Source: Pseudomonadota bacterium (GTDB lineage Bacteria; Pseudomonadota; Gammaproteobacteria; Steroidobacterales; Woeseiaceae). Taken from it: a DNA stretch of 64,000 bases. A program made the translations under genes and the position numbers. Positions 62,830-64,000 of the stretch are shown here, in pieces. The notes below the pieces were generated by a model that saw only the letters and a program-made list of their open reading frames with translations, was not told the DNA's origin and searched no databases. The stretch is from the NCBI GenBank assembly GCA_039814545.1, contig JBCCBB010000004.1, positions 994 through 64,993 on the forward strand, read 5' to 3'. Numbering within the stretch: the stretch's first letter is position 1; each line of letters begins with the position of its first letter.

Positions 62830-63579
62830 TTGAAGATCCTTCTCAGTAACGACGACGGCTACCGTGCTCGGGGCCTCGCGGTGCTTCATGAGCGTTTCCA
62901 GCAGCTCGGTGCGGTCGAGGTGGTGGCGCCCGACCGCAACCAGAGTGGTGCCTCGAGTTCGCTGACCCTGCACGCGCCCCTGCGCGTCACTGAGGCCGCA
63001 ACCGACGTCTATAGCGTCAATGGCACGCCCTCGGATTGCGTTCACCTGGCGCTGGCGGGGTTTCTCGACAGCGACCCCGACATGGTGGTCTCCGGTATCA
63101 ACCACGGCGCCAACCTCGGTGACGATGTCATCTACTCCGGCACTGTGGCGGCGGCCATCGAAGGGCGTCATTGCGGGTTGCCTGCCATCGCCGTGTCGCT
63201 GGTTGGCGATTCGCACACCCATTTCGAGACGGCTGCGGCCGTGACGGGCACGGTCATCGAACGCATGACCCGTGAGCCGTTGCCCGCGGACCTCATTCTG
63301 AACATTAACGTGCCCGATGTGCCGCTCGAGTCGCTGCAGGGGATTCGTGCCACACGCCTGGGTTTCCGCCACCGCGCGGAGCCGCTGATCCGGCAACGTG
63401 ACCCACGCGGTCGTGAGATTTACTGGATCGGTCCTGCGGGGCCCGGCGAGGATGCGGGGCCCGGCACCGATTTCCATGCGGTTGAGCACGGTTTCGCCTC
63501 AGTGACACCGCTTCAGATCGACCTCACGCGGCACCAGCAGCTCGAGCAATTGCGTGGCTGGCTCGGAGCGCTGTCGTGA
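62830..63579 (+). CDS. surE: 5'/3'-nucleotidase SurE
   Basis: I chose TTG 62830 because it gives (M)[14 protein letters not shown], matching the canonical [11 protein letters not shown]-terminus. Alternative starts are GTG 62812 and the track start 62731. [24 protein letters not shown] is present. Confidence 0.88.
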   Translation: MKILLSNDDGYRARGLAVLHERFQQLGAVEVVAPDRNQSGASSSLTLHAPLRVTEAATDVYSVNGTPSDCVHLALAGFLDSDPDMVVSGINHGANLGDDVIYSGTVAAAIEGRHCGLPAIAVSLVGDSHTHFETAAAVTGTVIERMTREPLPADLILNINVPDVPLESLQGIRATRLGFRHRAEPLIRQRDPRGREIYWIGPAGPGEDAGPGTDFHAVEHGFASVTPLQIDLTRHQQLEQLRGWLGALS

Positions 63580-64000
63580 GTTCTCGGGAAGGCATCGGCA
63601 TGACGTCGATGCGCACACGCGAGCGACTGGTGCGGCGGCTGCAGGAGCAGGGCATTCGTGCGCCGGCTGTGTTGGGTCGCATCCGCGACGTGCCGCGCCA
63701 CCTGTTCATGGACGAGGCGCTTGCAAGCCGCGCCTACGAAGATACGGCGCTGCCCATCGGACTCGGACAAACGATCAGCCAGCCTTACGTCGTGGCGCGC
63801 ATGACAGAGGCGCTCATCGAATCGGGAGCGCCCGACAATGTGCTCGAAGTGGGGACGGGGTGTGGCTACCAAACTGCTGTGCTCGCGCCGCTCGTGGGCA
63901 AGGTATTTTCGGTGGAATATCTGAAGCCCCTGTTGCGCAAGGCGCGCCAGAACGTGGCCGCACTGAATCTGTACAACGTGCGTTACCGACAAGGCGATGG
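63576..64000 (+). CDS. pcm: Protein-L-isoaspartate O-methyltransferase, 3'-truncated by the window edge
   Basis: This gene is not in the ORF track because no stop falls within the window. GTG 63576 overlaps the surE stop; the alternative is ATG 63600. Hand translation: ..[53 protein letters not shown]. Confidence 0.85.
   Translation, partial: MSSREGIGMTSMRTRERLVRRLQEQGIRAPAVLGRIRDVPRHLFMDEALASRAYEDTALPIGLGQTISQPYVVARMTEALIESGAPDNVLEVGTGCGYQTAVLAPLVGKVFSVEYLKPLLRKARQNVAALNLYNVRYRQGD

Overview
This 64-kb window comes from a visibly GC-rich gammaproteobacterial chromosome (GC not computed). All gene and domain calls were made by eye from the translations, with no database search. I support about 55 protein genes. 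I saw no rRNA, tRNA, CRISPR array, transposase or integrase.

- **Core backbone (31-64 kb):** a minus-strand block (arsC-like, dapD, dapC, glnD, map) is followed by the plus-strand run rpsB-tsf-pyrH-frr-uppS-cdsA-rseP-bamA-skp-lpxD-fabZ-lpxA-lpxB-rnhB-dnaE-accA-tilS-pyrG-kdsA-eno-ftsB-truD-(smr)-surE-pcm. The three MEP-pathway genes that normally sit in this array (dxr, ispD, ispF) are all absent.
- **Phosphate regulon (21.9-31.2 kb):** phoB-phoR-phoU and pstSCAB carry Pho-box-like repeats and are split by dsbB and dapE.
- **Left end (1-10 kb):** a truncated Mo-pterin oxidoreductase subunit, a ThDP enzyme, a Fur-box/hemP unit upstream of an unknown lipoprotein, dusA, a methyltransferase, a class III cyclase-FHA protein, GTP-type PEP carboxykinase, and a phasin-like protein with a histone-H1-like tail.
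- **Stand-out (10.4-19.2 kb):** a four-gene locus encodes three secreted proteins built from DUF11-type Ig-like modules. The fourth gene encodes a 1984-aa protein that combines the same modules with an internal OmpA-like domain and a very large C-terminal beta-rich region. No chaperone, usher, sortase or other known pilus machinery is present. The subunits look like tandem-repeat units offset by one beta-strand, so I propose an undescribed strand-complementation surface-fibre system anchored by its own outer-membrane barrel.

Many long antisense ORFs in the six-frame track are GC artefacts.
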